A stretch of DNA of 64,000 nucleotides from Phycisphaerae bacterium (GTDB lineage: Bacteria; Planctomycetota; Phycisphaerae; UBA1845; Fen-1342), in contig JASFQK010000005.1 in the NCBI GenBank assembly GCA_050115495.1, positions 32,001 to 96,000 on the forward strand. The letters are read 5' to 3'. The position numbers and the translations under genes were made by a program. The notes beneath the pieces are model-generated. The model was not told where the DNA came from. It saw nothing but the letters and a program-made list of their open reading frames with translations, and made no database searches. Below are positions 1 to 9,601 of this stretch, in pieces (positions within the stretch are counted from its first letter, which is position 1; each line of letters begins with the position of its first letter).

Positions 1-554
1 TGCCGTGTCTGCAGTGCCCAGAAGTCCGCCGCGTTGTCCTTGAGCGAGCAGTTGTGCATCCCGAGTTCGATCGGCCGGTCCTCCGCCGGGTACCGGTCTG
101 GAAACAGGTGCTGCTCGGTCGCCTTGCGCGAGAGGGGGGATTGATGGTCGCCGATGTTGGCGCCGTAGAGGACGACATGCGACTTGCGACTCGGATCGAC
201 GCCGGTGACGCGTTCGATGCGCGTTTCGTGCTCGACCTTCATTTCCTGCAACAGCGCCACGGTGTAGCGGCCGCCGTCCTTTTCCTTGTCGATCGTGCGG
301 TGACACGCCTGGCACACCAGCATTAAGTTAGCGAGGTCGTTGATTTCCTCCGGTTTCAAGGCCTCGTTGCCGCGCGCCCCGCCCGCACTGAACGCGTAGA
401 TGTGCGCCTTCTCCGCGATGTTGACCGGCTCCTGAGTGACCGGCGATTTCCACAGGATCTGATTGCAGCCGCGGAATTCGCAATGCCCCGCGGCTTTGCC
501 CCAGAGCAGGAGTTGCACTGGGTTAGGTATGTAGCGTGTGATCTCTTTGGGCAT
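1..554 (-). CDS. cap5: HNH endonuclease-SAVED CBASS effector (Cap5-like); 3' part runs off the window
   Basis: Manual translation from ATG at 554 (GGAGG upstream): MPKEITRYIPNPVQLLLWGKAAGHCEFRGCNQILW...AHIYAFSAGGARG...NLMLVCQACHRTID...KSHVVLYGANIG. This has Zn-binding Cys motifs, an HNH core and a linker typical of HNH-SAVED proteins. No stop before base 1; most of the SAVED domain would lie outside the window. Confidence 0.85.
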   Translation of the reverse strand, partial: MPKEITRYIPNPVQLLLWGKAAGHCEFRGCNQILWKSPVTQEPVNIAEKAHIYAFSAGGARGNEALKPEEINDLANLMLVCQACHRTIDKEKDGGRYTVALLQEMKVEHETRIERVTGVDPSRKSHVVLYGANIGDHQSPLSRKATEQHLFPDRYPAEDRPIELGMHNCSLKDNAADFWALQTR

Positions 555-755
555 CTCTCAAGCCCTCCACTGGCAGCCCGCCCCTGTCAACCGCAGGGAA
601 TGACGTGGCAGGCCGGCCACACTCGCACTGTAGACCGCGGCCGACGACCGCTCCAATTCTTAGTGCCGAGCAGCCGAGTCCATTCGCCACTTTTTTTTGT
701 TTTTCTCGACGCGGCAAATCGCCCTGGCTGCCCGGCAGTACAATGGAGCACAATC

Positions 756-1397
756 ATGGAGAACTCGGCGGCATCGGTACTGGCCCGGATGAAGGATGTG
801 GACCTGCATTCGCTGGTCGAACGCCTCACTATCTATGCGCTCAGGAAAATGCGGAAGCTCCGTTGGCGGGGCATTCGGTACGCGCCGGGGAGGCGTGGGC
901 TGACGGGGACACGCGGAAATGGACCCGAGGACCTAGTCAGCGATGTCGTACTCCGTGTTATCCAGGGAGAACGCGTCGGTTCATGCCAGGATCAGGCCGA
1001 ACTGGAGCGTTTCCTCCGCAGCGTTATCGACAGTCGCGTCAACCACCTTGTCTGCTCAATTGAAAACCGCTGCACGAATGAGGCGGTGGTTGAGGCCGCG
1101 GCGAAGGCGGATATGCCCAGTCTCGAATCACGGTTGCCGTCCCGCGGCGACGCGACACCGCTTGAGATCATCGTTGATCACGAGGACAAGAAGCGTTTTC
1201 GGGCCGTGGCTCGCAAGGCCGTGGAGGCGGACGCCACGCTCGCGCCGCTGCTTGAGTGTCTCCTGGCTGGCCTGTCACCTGCTGAAGCGGCCGAGTATAT
1301 GGCCGTCGATGTCACGGAGGTCTACGCTGCACGCAAGCGCCTCGATCGAGCTCTCAGCAAGGCCCTCGGCAAACTCGCACGGAGTCAGCCCCAATGA
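756..1397 (+). CDS. ECF-like sigma-70 family factor
   Basis: Region-2-like 'PEDLVSDVVLRVIQG' and region-4 HTH 'LSPAEAAEYMAVDVTEVYAARKRL'. ATG 756 has GGAG upstream; the ORF-track start at 402 overlaps the opposite-strand cap5. Confidence 0.75.
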   Translation: MENSAASVLARMKDVDLHSLVERLTIYALRKMRKLRWRGIRYAPGRRGLTGTRGNGPEDLVSDVVLRVIQGERVGSCQDQAELERFLRSVIDSRVNHLVCSIENRCTNEAVVEAAAKADMPSLESRLPSRGDATPLEIIVDHEDKKRFRAVARKAVEADATLAPLLECLLAGLSPAEAAEYMAVDVTEVYAARKRLDRALSKALGKLARSQPQ

Positions 1398-1831
1398 CCC
1401 CTTCTGAGGAACATGAGAATACGTCCTGGGATCCCGTGTTCGATTTCCTGGCCGACGAGGTTGACGAGATGAGCCAGGAGGAAGTGCGCGCCGAACTGCG
1501 CAGCTTTCGTATAAACGTCGAACCGACGGTCCACCAGATCAAACATGCCCTGCAGGTCACCGAAGCGCGTGAGGCGATGGAAAAGGCGCCCCTCCGCCGC
1601 GCACGGATCCTTGAGAAACTTCGCGACGCGGTGCTTCAGCCAATCGAGAATGCTCGCCGGGATATTCGTGCGTTCCTGCAATCGCAGCGTTTGTCCACAG
1701 TTCACCAAGTGTATTTCAACCGGCTCGAATCAGCCGCTTCGGAAGAGGATCTACGTTCTCTAGTGGAGGATCTTGCAGCCCTCGATTTGTTTGACGATGA
1801 GGACACGAATGGCAAGCAACAGGAGACCTAG
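1394..1831 (+). CDS. Small acidic helical protein, putative anti-sigma or peptidase substrate
   Basis: ATGA overlap with the sigma gene and overlap with the downstream peptidase gene; role inferred from context only. Confidence 0.6.
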   Translation: MTPSEEHENTSWDPVFDFLADEVDEMSQEEVRAELRSFRINVEPTVHQIKHALQVTEAREAMEKAPLRRARILEKLRDAVLQPIENARRDIRAFLQSQRLSTVHQVYFNRLESAASEEDLRSLVEDLAALDLFDDEDTNGKQQET

Positions 1832-2591
1832 TGCCATCCCATTCGCCAAGGCGGCCCAACTCTGGGAGACGTTTGATTGGAAACACCCAGACGCCCTCAA
1901 TCTCGATAATCTGGCGATGGCGCTTGGTGCATTGGTCTTGTATCGCCCGCTTCAATCAGCGGAAGCTCGACTTACGCGGAAAGGTGACCGCGGCATAATC
2001 CGAGTGCGAGACGATCTCGATCCTCCGACACGTCGCCGGTTTGGCGTCGCCCACGAGATTGGCCATTGGCAATTGCACCAATCCGTCTCTCAGCTCTTCG
2101 TGTGTACCGAAGCGGACATGGTCGCCGACTATCGTAATAGCCGTATCGAGGCCGAAGCGAATTCCTTTGCGTCCGCGCTGCTGATGCCGGCGCATCTGTT
2201 TGTTGAGCGAATCCGAAGTCACCGACCGACCTTTGATGAGCTGAAATCACTCGCTGCATATTTCGATACTTCTTTGACCGCCACAGCGATTCGGCGCGTG
2301 GATCTGTCCTCCGACTACTGTGCCCTCGTCGTGTCGCGCGCAGGCCGAGTGAAATGGTGGCGCGGAAGTGAAGACTTTGAGGACGCGTACTGGATTAACC
2401 CTGGTGGTGCGCTTCCACGACAGTCACCCGCCAGAGAGCTTACGGCGACACGTCGTACTTCCGGGCCAGTGCGCACACTGGCGGACGTGTGGGCGGATGA
2501 GCGACACGGGATGTACGCTCAGGAGTTTATCGAGGAATCTGCGTATTTCCCACGCTACGACTTCACCATGACACTAATCTCCCTGCCGTAG
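1809..2591 (+). CDS. ImmA/IrrE-family Zn metallopeptidase (CapP-like)
   Basis: 'RRRFGVAHEIGHWQLH' HExxH motif and 'EAEANSFASALLMP'; C-terminal GAF-like extension as in IrrE/CapP. Confidence 0.9.
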   Translation: MASNRRPSAIPFAKAAQLWETFDWKHPDALNLDNLAMALGALVLYRPLQSAEARLTRKGDRGIIRVRDDLDPPTRRRFGVAHEIGHWQLHQSVSQLFVCTEADMVADYRNSRIEAEANSFASALLMPAHLFVERIRSHRPTFDELKSLAAYFDTSLTATAIRRVDLSSDYCALVVSRAGRVKWWRGSEDFEDAYWINPGGALPRQSPARELTATRRTSGPVRTLADVWADERHGMYAQEFIEESAYFPRYDFTMTLISLP

Positions 2592-2922
2592 GCCCCACCA
2601 AACCACGGGGTATATGCGAGAGTTCTGCGCCAGCTTCGGGAGACCGGCCCGTAGGCATCTTGTGGGGCGAGCGACAGTCAACCGTGGCCACTGTCCGCCG
2701 CGGTGATCGCCCGCGGTCTGCTCGCCGCCACGTAAACCTGCACAGCGCACTCAGGCCTCGGGTAACCCGTCCGCAAGCCATCGGTTTCGCCGCCTGACGA
2801 ACGATGCGCCGCACAAAGCTCCTTGCACCAGCATGGCTTACGCCGCACAAAGTCCAGCCGAGGAGCCCTCCAACTCGGGCATTACCGGCAGGTGGGAGCA
2901 GTAGCACAACATGGCACGATGG

Positions 2923-3015
2923 CTGGTCTGCCTAAGCCATCCTCATCGGGTCCCAAGGGCCTGCCGGCCTCACGGGGCGAGGACCCGACGACGACGGCTT
3001 CATACGGCAGACCAG
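2923..3015. repeat. Long imperfect hairpin, copy A of a diverged repeat flanking the type III CBASS
   Basis: CTGGTCTGCC (2923-2932) pairs with GGCAGACCAG (3006-3015); inner TCGGGTCC/GGACCCGA stem; sequence aligns with 6966-7044. Confidence 0.6.
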
Positions 3016-3079
3016 GCACAAGCCAGCCGCTCCGAGGACGCAGCCTCCAGGTGCAACGGAAGCGGCCGGCACCAACCAC

Positions 3080-3108
3080 GTCACGGATCACGGTAACGCC
3101 GCCATAAC
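3080..3108 (+). promoter_or_regulatory. GTCAC-N18-CATAAC motif, copy 1
   Basis: Exact bipartite match shared with 9962, 10385 and 16949 (minus); intergenic, upstream of the CBASS operon. Confidence 0.5.
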
Positions 3109-3591
3109 ACTTCTCACTAGGTGGATCACGCTGACGCTCGCCGCAACGTCTGCAAAGGAAGCTCAATGAGGCCACTGAGGTCATCCGCCCGTGTGTAGGG
3201 TGGTTTCACTGTTTCCCCCGTGGCAGACGCCCTGCCCCGCTTCGCCGGCTAACTCCAGAACGCCGGCAATCGCTCCGAAGCAGACGGTCGGTCGCCCAGC
3301 CCTGGCCGCCGCGGAGGTTTGACCCCAGACTCCCAAGGCCCCGAGCCCACGATACCTCACCATGCAAGGCTCTCCGCAGCTTTGCCATTGTTAGAGTCAT
3401 GTTCGGGAATCGTGGGGACGAGTTCGGTGCCTCCTGCCAATCTGACAGCACCACCAAATCTAGTGGTCAAATGGGCAGGCGTGCACAATTCAGTCGCGAA
3501 ACCAAGTGCCTTGTAACCACTGTCCCTGCAATATGTTACGCCGTTTCTGCTGCGTCACATGAGTGGTACGCGCATTGCTTACGCTCAAGGC

Positions 3592-4578
3592 ATGAACGAG
3601 TCCAAAAACACCATTTCGCCCCCGATCTCCCAAGCCGACGTTCGTCGATTCGCGGAGGGCCGCGTCAACCTGCCACCCGAAGTGGCCAAACAACGTCGTG
3701 AACACGTTAGCGGATTTCGCGAGCGGCTGCAGAAGTGGATCAGAGAGAACCCGAATTGCGGACTCGTCAAGTCGTACCTTTCCGGCAGCCTCGCCAAGGG
3801 CACATCGCTCAGCGTGTCGAGCGACGTAGATATCGCGCTATATCTCAAACATGATGGCGAACGCAAGGTCGACCTGGATCTTGCCAACTGGATCGCCACG
3901 CGAATCCGAAAAGCATTTCCGCAAATGTCTCCGGACCAGATTGAACCCCAGGAGTACTCCGTTAAGGTGACTTTCAAGGGTGCCGGTGTGGACATTGACA
4001 TCGTGCCGGTCTTCTACGACGGCGATCCGGACGACAAGGGCTGGCTCGTCTCGAAAAGAACGGGACGCCTGATGATGACCAGCATCCCGATGCACCGCGC
4101 ATTCATTCGCAAACGTAAGGAAGCCCAACCACAACACTTCGCTCAGGTCGTCCGCTTAGCCAAGTGGTGGGCGGCCGAACAGAAGGGCGCGAACGCCGCC
4201 TTCCGACTGAAATCCTTTATCATCGAATTGATCTGCGCCCACCTCGCGGACAACGGGCACAGCTTCTCCGATTACCGCGAAAGCCTGGAAATTCTGTTCA
4301 ACTATGTTGTCGATACCGAACTGCGGGAGCGAATTGCCTTCGCCGATTACTACGACACCAGCAAGTCGCCCACGACGCTAACGCACCCGATTCAGATCTT
4401 CGACCCGGTCAATCCGGACAACAACACTGCCTCGCAATACACCGAAGAAAATCGTCGGCTGATCGTGACCGCGGCACAGGACGCCCTTGACGCCCTGAAC
4501 GAAGCTCACACTGCCGCTACCAAAGGGCATGCCGTCGAGATGTGGCGGATCGTGCTGGGCAATTCGTTCAGGGGATAG
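3592..4578 (+). CDS. cdnC: CBASS cGAS/DncV-like nucleotidyltransferase (CdnC-like)
   Basis: 'SGSLAKGTSLSVSSDVDI' GS...DxD motif, 'DIDIVP', 'KSFIIEL', 'IFDPVNPDNN'; followed by HORMA, Trip13 and NucC genes. Alternative start at 3559. Confidence 0.92.
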   Translation: MNESKNTISPPISQADVRRFAEGRVNLPPEVAKQRREHVSGFRERLQKWIRENPNCGLVKSYLSGSLAKGTSLSVSSDVDIALYLKHDGERKVDLDLANWIATRIRKAFPQMSPDQIEPQEYSVKVTFKGAGVDIDIVPVFYDGDPDDKGWLVSKRTGRLMMTSIPMHRAFIRKRKEAQPQHFAQVVRLAKWWAAEQKGANAAFRLKSFIIELICAHLADNGHSFSDYRESLEILFNYVVDTELRERIAFADYYDTSKSPTTLTHPIQIFDPVNPDNNTASQYTEENRRLIVTAAQDALDALNEAHTAATKGHAVEMWRIVLGNSFRG

Positions 4579-4581
4579 GGC

Positions 4582-5088
4582 ATGACAGCGACATTCACAA
4601 CAACCGAAACATGGTCCTGCACACACGCGCGCTACATTGCCGGCAAAGTTGGGGCCGATTTGCGGCAGATGCAGCAGGCATATGGTCAGCCGACCGATGA
4701 GCACCTTAGTGACCTCGTCGCCGAGTTGACCGCTTACTTGGCTGACGACTACCTCGACTACGTTGAATACGGGTTTCGCCGAGGGGACACGTGGGTCGTC
4801 GCCCACAAGTACACTGCTGGCGAACTCGGCGCTGCAGCCAACGACGACCGCTCAGGGCGTGTGAGACGGGGTGCGAATGTCAGCGGCGCTTACTGGTCCT
4901 CCTACCTTGTCAAGAACGGGCGCTGGTGGAGTCTGTCGCAAGCAGAGCGTGACCGTTATGAATCGCAGATCGCGATCAAACGAACGCCCGGAACCGATGC
5001 AACCCCGGCGTCCGGCGGCTGGGCCACGGAGAGGTCGTATGCGGCAGGTGGCGGAAGCATCAGCCGATCGGGATGTGGGCCAAACTGA
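4582..5088 (+). CDS. cap7: Bacterial HORMA-domain protein (Cap7)
   Basis: 'THARYIAGKVGADLRQMQQAYGQP', 'YGF' and C-terminal 'SYAAGGGSISRS' closure-motif-like tail resemble the E. coli type III CBASS HORMA. Confidence 0.9.
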   Translation: MTATFTTTETWSCTHARYIAGKVGADLRQMQQAYGQPTDEHLSDLVAELTAYLADDYLDYVEYGFRRGDTWVVAHKYTAGELGAAANDDRSGRVRRGANVSGAYWSSYLVKNGRWWSLSQAERDRYESQIAIKRTPGTDATPASGGWATERSYAAGGGSISRSGCGPN

Positions 5089-6041
5089 TGAGCCATGCGG
5101 ATGTTTTTGAAGATGTTGTGCACCTGCCCAGTGCTCGCGTGCAGACGGAGTACGACCGCCTTGTCGGTCTCGACGAGTACAAGGAGCGGCTTGTTAAAGA
5201 AACGCTTCTGCTGCTTGACCCAGACCTGCTCAGCGAGTGGGACCGGAGATGCCACGGCGGCACACTTGCCGCAATCGACTACTTCCAGTCTCGCCCGCCG
5301 CTCTTCGTGCTTGCCGGCGATGTTGGCACGGGGAAGTCAGCGTTGGCACGCTCCTTTGGAAACGAGGTTGCCAAACGTGCGAGGGCCCCAATTCACCTCT
5401 ACGCCCTGAGCCTCAACGCGCGCGGAAGTGGCGCAGTAGGTGAAATGACACGGCTCATCTCCGGTGCGTTTCAACAGGCTCGCGGAGCCGTCGCAAACAC
5501 CCGAGGCGGCGGCAACAAAGCTGGGCGAGGCGTTATATTGCTCATCGACGAGGCCGATGCCCTCGCTCAATCACGGGAAGCGGCACAGATGCACCACGAG
5601 GATCGTGCCGGTGTGAATGCCCTCATTCGTGGCATTGATGAAATCGCCGCCGAGCGGCTCCCGATTGCAGTTATCATGTGCACGAATCGATTGGGCGCCA
5701 TTGATCCTGCCGTTCGCCGACGTGCCGCCGCAGTGTTCGAATTCCACCGTCCCAACCGTAGGCAGCGTGTTCACGTCCTGCGTGAAGCTCTTCGTGGGAG
5801 CGGCTTGGCGGAATCCGAGCTTGAGGCTCTCGCCGACGCCACCGGAAATAACCGGGAACGTGCTTATGGATACACATATTCGGATTTGACCCAGCGTCTC
5901 GTACCGAGCATCGTGCTCGACGCGTTTCCCGACCGCCCCATTGTCGGCTCCCGTGCGATTGACATCGCGCGGTCCACCGTGCCGACCCCGCCATTCGGCG
6001 TAGCTGGTGACGCAGACCGTGAGGAAAACCACCATGGCTAG
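5088..6041 (+). CDS. cap6: Trip13/Pch2-like AAA+ ATPase (Cap6)
   Basis: Walker A GDVGTGKS, Walker B 'LLIDEAD', 'TNR...DPAVRRR' arginine finger; TGATG coupling to cap7. Confidence 0.92.
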   Translation: MSHADVFEDVVHLPSARVQTEYDRLVGLDEYKERLVKETLLLLDPDLLSEWDRRCHGGTLAAIDYFQSRPPLFVLAGDVGTGKSALARSFGNEVAKRARAPIHLYALSLNARGSGAVGEMTRLISGAFQQARGAVANTRGGGNKAGRGVILLIDEADALAQSREAAQMHHEDRAGVNALIRGIDEIAAERLPIAVIMCTNRLGAIDPAVRRRAAAVFEFHRPNRRQRVHVLREALRGSGLAESELEALADATGNNRERAYGYTYSDLTQRLVPSIVLDAFPDRPIVGSRAIDIARSTVPTPPFGVAGDADREENHHG

Positions 6042-6795
6042 CCAGCAGAGAACAGTGGACATCAGGGAGCTTTTCCTGTCCCTGCAAAAGCAGATGCAGG
6101 CGCGACTGGAAACAAACCGTTGTCACATCACGCATCCCGGGTCCAAAGGCGATGCTACCGAGCAATGCTGGCGGGACATGCTCGGTGATTACCTTCCGCA
6201 CCGCTATCAGGTCGAAAAGGCCTTTGTAGTTGACTGCGAGGGTGGTTTGAGTGAGCAAATCGATGCTGTGATTATTGACCGTCAATACTCCCCGCCACTG
6301 TTCTGCCAAGATGGGGAGAAGTTCGTTCCGGCGGAGAGCGTATACGCCGCCTTTGAAATCAAACAGGAACTTACACGCGACTACATCCTCTATGCGGGAC
6401 AGAAGGTTGCTTCCGTGCGGCGACTTCGCCGCACATCGGCACAGATCACCCACGCGGGCGGCACTTTCAAGCCACGCTCGCCGTTTCCCATAATCGGCGG
6501 GATCGTAGCGCTCGCGAGTAGCTGGAACCCGCCACTCGACGGTCCATTCCGGAGCGCATTGTGCGAACTTGCGCGAGACGAACAACTCGATATCGGTTGC
6601 GTCCTGCAAGCGGGCGGCTTCGAGTGCTCCTGGGATGGCGGTGATTGCGAGGTGCGTGTCAGCGAGAGCGGCGACGCGCTGATCACTTTCTTCCTTCGGT
6701 TGCTTTCCAGACTGCAGGGCTTGGGCACTGTACCCGCAATGGACCTGGAGGAGTATGAGCGGGCACTCAGCCTGCGGGGACCAAAGGTAGAGTAG
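6034..6795 (+). CDS. nucC: NucC cyclic-oligoadenylate-activated endonuclease
   Basis: 'HPGSKGDATE', 'SEQIDAVIIDRQYSP', 'PAESVYAAFEIKQ' (ID...ExK) and 'LQGLGTVPAMD' match NucC. Confidence 0.92.
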   Translation: MASQQRTVDIRELFLSLQKQMQARLETNRCHITHPGSKGDATEQCWRDMLGDYLPHRYQVEKAFVVDCEGGLSEQIDAVIIDRQYSPPLFCQDGEKFVPAESVYAAFEIKQELTRDYILYAGQKVASVRRLRRTSAQITHAGGTFKPRSPFPIIGGIVALASSWNPPLDGPFRSALCELARDEQLDIGCVLQAGGFECSWDGGDCEVRVSESGDALITFFLRLLSRLQGLGTVPAMDLEEYERALSLRGPKVE

Positions 6796-6965
6796 ACGCT
6801 TGGCTACACATCAAAGTCGCCGTGTGAGCAGAATGGCGAGGTAGCCGAGAAACACGCCGGTCGCGGCGTTGGGATGGGCAAGCGCGAGGCCGCCTAACAT
6901 CAGTATCAGAATCAAGCCAGCGTTCATGACCGTTCCTATGCCATATCTAGCGGAGAATGTCACGC

Positions 6966-7044
6966 GCCGGCGGTCGTCCCCGTCGGATCCCAGGGCTTGG
7001 CGGCCTGGGCTGGCGAGACCCCGAGGACGACGGCCTATACCGGC
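6966..7044. repeat. Long imperfect hairpin, copy B of the diverged repeat
   Basis: GCCGG/CCGGC, GTCGTCC/GGACGAC and CCCAGG/CCTGGG stems; aligns with 2940-3010. Confidence 0.55.
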
Positions 7045-8579
7045 AGCGCAAGGCAGCCATCTGTCCGCGCAGATCGTCGCTCAGAGGTACGTGCAGCCCC
7101 CGACGGCGGCGGGCTCTCGTGTAGCTTGGGCTGTCGAGCGGAGCCGGACGGCACGCAGGCCTGCACATCGCGCTTGCCGAATGGCGGCGAAGTGTGGCAT
7201 GCTGATGCCATGGATACATCACTAGAACATTCAACAAACTCGATGGAGCGAGCAGCGTTCCACGTAGCGCTGGCCGAGAACGTCGATGCGGTCCTGGACG
7301 CGCTTGACTCGATGCGTGGCGAGGCGGAGCTTTGCGGCGAGCGCTGGGCGGCACAGTTCTTTGCCCGTGTTGCGGCCGTGTTGCGACAGTTCCGCGTGAG
7401 CTGGCCGTCCGGCCACGTCACGCACGAGGCTGCGCCTGCTACGATGGCTCGCACTCTCTCCAGACCCGGCGACGAGCACTGAGATGCAACCGCCTCGCGC
7501 TGGGCCTGGGCCAGCATCGCACCGGCGGCATCCTCGTCGCCCTGGGACACGTACGCCCACAGCCCCCGGCTCACAACCGCCACGAACAACCCGCACGGAT
7601 TACGGCGGCCGACGCGCAATGCGTGAACCGCCGCAGCGTAGAAACGCAGCCGATCAGCGGGTGTGTTCGCCAACAAGCCGGCCCGGACCACACGCCGGAA
7701 TCTACTCATCAGGCCGTCGGCGTCGCGCAGTTCCTGGAGCCGCATCGCTCGCAGGCTCGCACCTCGACCATCCCCAGACACCACGGCCCGTTTCTGGTTC
7801 TTCACGTCCGTAAGGAGTTTTCTTTTCTCTATGGAGGGTGACAATCCGGTGCTTCGCCGCACTCCGCGGGGTGGTGTTTCAGTGTCGTATGGTATGGCGT
7901 GCAGCTCGATCAATGCGCCCCAGCGGCGGCGCCAGGCGCAGTTATCCACAGAGCGTGTCACCCAACCCAGCGCGGCGAGTTCTGCGGCGGCGCGTTTCAC
8001 ACTCCGCTCGTGGAGTCCGAACGCCTCTGCGACGAACCGAATCGAGCACCGCCCTCGTGCGGAATAGGCCCCGCCCCGCTGCAGATAACAGCATCGGCAC
8101 GCCGTGCCCAGCAGGAACGCTGCCGATGCCGCGTTGCCGCGCCATGCCAGGTAACGCAGCACACGCCGTGGAACCGGCACGCGCCCGGCACGCCTCAGCC
8201 GCGCGAGCATCGGTTCCACATCGCTACCAGGCGTCTCGCAGTCGTTGACGCGCAACACGCCGTCGGCCTGGGCCAGCACGCCCACCGCCAGTAGTTCCCG
8301 CAGTACGGCGCGGATCTGCGTCGGACGCGCGCAGCCGACGAGTTGCTGAAGCTCGCCGACAATCTCCGCGGCGACGATACGATAAGGTCGATAAGTGCAA
8401 CCACGCCGTCGAAATGAACGCTCAGTCGCCTCACGACGCGCTGCAACCTCCTGCAATGCCAGAAACACACGCACCGCCAGCCACGAAAGCCCGCTGGAAC
8501 GATACGCCGTCCATACCCGACAGAACTGCTTGACCGGTAGCAGTTGGTAGCCCCCTGGGGGGCAATTCGATTCCGCCAT
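7035..8579 (-). CDS. HTH-containing protein, putative replication initiator of the ICE
   Basis: HTH-like 'CSIRFVAEAFGLHERSVKRAAAELAALGWV'; GGAGG upstream of ATG; divergent from parA. The last ~150 aa look low-information and may be read-through. Confidence 0.55.
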   Translation of the reverse strand: MAESNCPPGGYQLLPVKQFCRVWTAYRSSGLSWLAVRVFLALQEVAARREATERSFRRRGCTYRPYRIVAAEIVGELQQLVGCARPTQIRAVLRELLAVGVLAQADGVLRVNDCETPGSDVEPMLARLRRAGRVPVPRRVLRYLAWRGNAASAAFLLGTACRCCYLQRGGAYSARGRCSIRFVAEAFGLHERSVKRAAAELAALGWVTRSVDNCAWRRRWGALIELHAIPYDTETPPRGVRRSTGLSPSIEKRKLLTDVKNQKRAVVSGDGRGASLRAMRLQELRDADGLMSRFRRVVRAGLLANTPADRLRFYAAAVHALRVGRRNPCGLFVAVVSRGLWAYVSQGDEDAAGAMLAQAQREAVASQCSSPGLERVRAIVAGAASCVTWPDGQLTRNCRNTAATRAKNCAAQRSPQSSASPRIESSASRTASTFSASATWNAARSIEFVECSSDVSMASACHTSPPFGKRDVQACVPSGSARQPKLHESPPPSGAARTSERRSARTDGCLALPV

Positions 8580-8870
8580 AATCCTCCACGGTTATTAAGG
8601 GCTCGCAACAAGCGGAGCCGGCCGGCGCGGGAAGCCGCGCTTTGCCGGTTGACCTCAGCGGTGGATGTGATACGGTCGAATTTGATCATCGAATTGTCTC
8701 ACCATCCATCGAACCGCCAGCGTTACCGGCACGATCTGCCCTGATCGTACCGGGACGCGCCGGTCTTCCTGCTGTCCTGCCACAGGCGAGCCTGGTTTTC
8801 GAGTTTCAGCACTAGCATACGATGTGTACACGGTGGCGCAAGATGCAAAACTGCTGGCAACAACACACGT

Positions 8871-8906
8871 ATGCCGGCATGCGTGCGTTTATGCTTGCAT
8901 GCTTGC
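8871..8906 (+). repeat. ATGCnnGC octamer array, candidate centromere or operator
   Basis: ATGCCGGC-ATGCGTGC-gttt-ATGCTTGC-ATGCTTGC directly upstream of parA. Confidence 0.4.
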
Positions 8907-8929
8907 CCGAACTGTGGCACGTTTGCTTC

Positions 8930-9601
8930 ATGATCATCGCGTTTGTCAACCAGAAGGGAGGTGTGGGCAAAACCACGCTTGCCGTGCACTTCGCACTGTG
9001 GTGCGCCCAGCGCGGCCGGCGCGTGGCGCTCATTGATACCGATTGCCAGCAGACTGCGACGAAGTGGATACGGACCGCCGACCCCAGTATCACACTGCGG
9101 GCGCAATTCGAGGCTGACGCCGTGATCGAAGAGGCCGACCGACTGTCCGGTGCACACGACTTGGTTGTCGCCGACGGTCCAGCCAACCTAGCAGATTGTA
9201 CGCGTGCGTTGCTGCTGGTCGCCGATCGAGCAATAGTCCCGTGCGGTCCTACGCTCCCGGACCTGGAAGCGACCACCGCCACGTTACGGATCCTGGCCAA
9301 CGCCAGACGCGTGCGGAGTGACCGGCTTCCACAACCGTTGCTCGTGCTGGCCCGGCTACGCAGCCCACGATACCGGCTGAGCCGTGAGGCGCTCGCCGCC
9401 GCGCAGACACTGGCCGTCCCCGTGGCCCGCCGACCGCTACCGCTACGCGAAGCGATCGCCGACGCCCCCGGACAACGTTGCGCGGTATGGAGCCTGGGCT
9501 CAGCCGCCCGGGCTGCAGCCGACGAGATGCTGGCCCTGATGAAGGAGATTGACTGCCATGCCGAATGCCAGAAGGTCGGCGCTCGAACAACTGAGTGCTG
9601 A
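8930..9601 (+). CDS. parA: ParA-family partition ATPase (short, type Ib-like)
   Basis: '[16 protein letters not shown]' deviant Walker A, 'LIDTDCQ', 'VVADGP'. Confidence 0.9.
   Translation: MIIAFVNQKGGVGKTTLAVHFALWCAQRGRRVALIDTDCQQTATKWIRTADPSITLRAQFEADAVIEEADRLSGAHDLVVADGPANLADCTRALLLVADRAIVPCGPTLPDLEATTATLRILANARRVRSDRLPQPLLVLARLRSPRYRLSREALAAAQTLAVPVARRPLPLREAIADAPGQRCAVWSLGSAARAAADEMLALMKEIDCHAECQKVGARTTEC

Noticed and set aside
402..755. N-terminal extension of the sigma ORF, and ORF 54-326
   Set aside because: Overlap the opposite-strand HNH-SAVED gene; ATG 756 has an RBS.
2807..2852. 12-bp direct repeat CGCCGCACAAAG
   Set aside because: Only two copies, with no supporting context.
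3450..3467. ACCAC-N8-GTGGT dyad resembling an NrdR box upstream of cdnC
   Set aside because: Single imperfect copy without the usual tandem partner; could be chance.
2923..7044. Integron attC sites for the flanking hairpins
   Set aside because: No matched RYYYAAC...GTTRRRY ends around the hairpins and no integron integrase.
6997..7482. Plus-strand ORF inside the Rep-like gene's 3' end
   Set aside because: No recognisable motif; cannot decide which frame is real.
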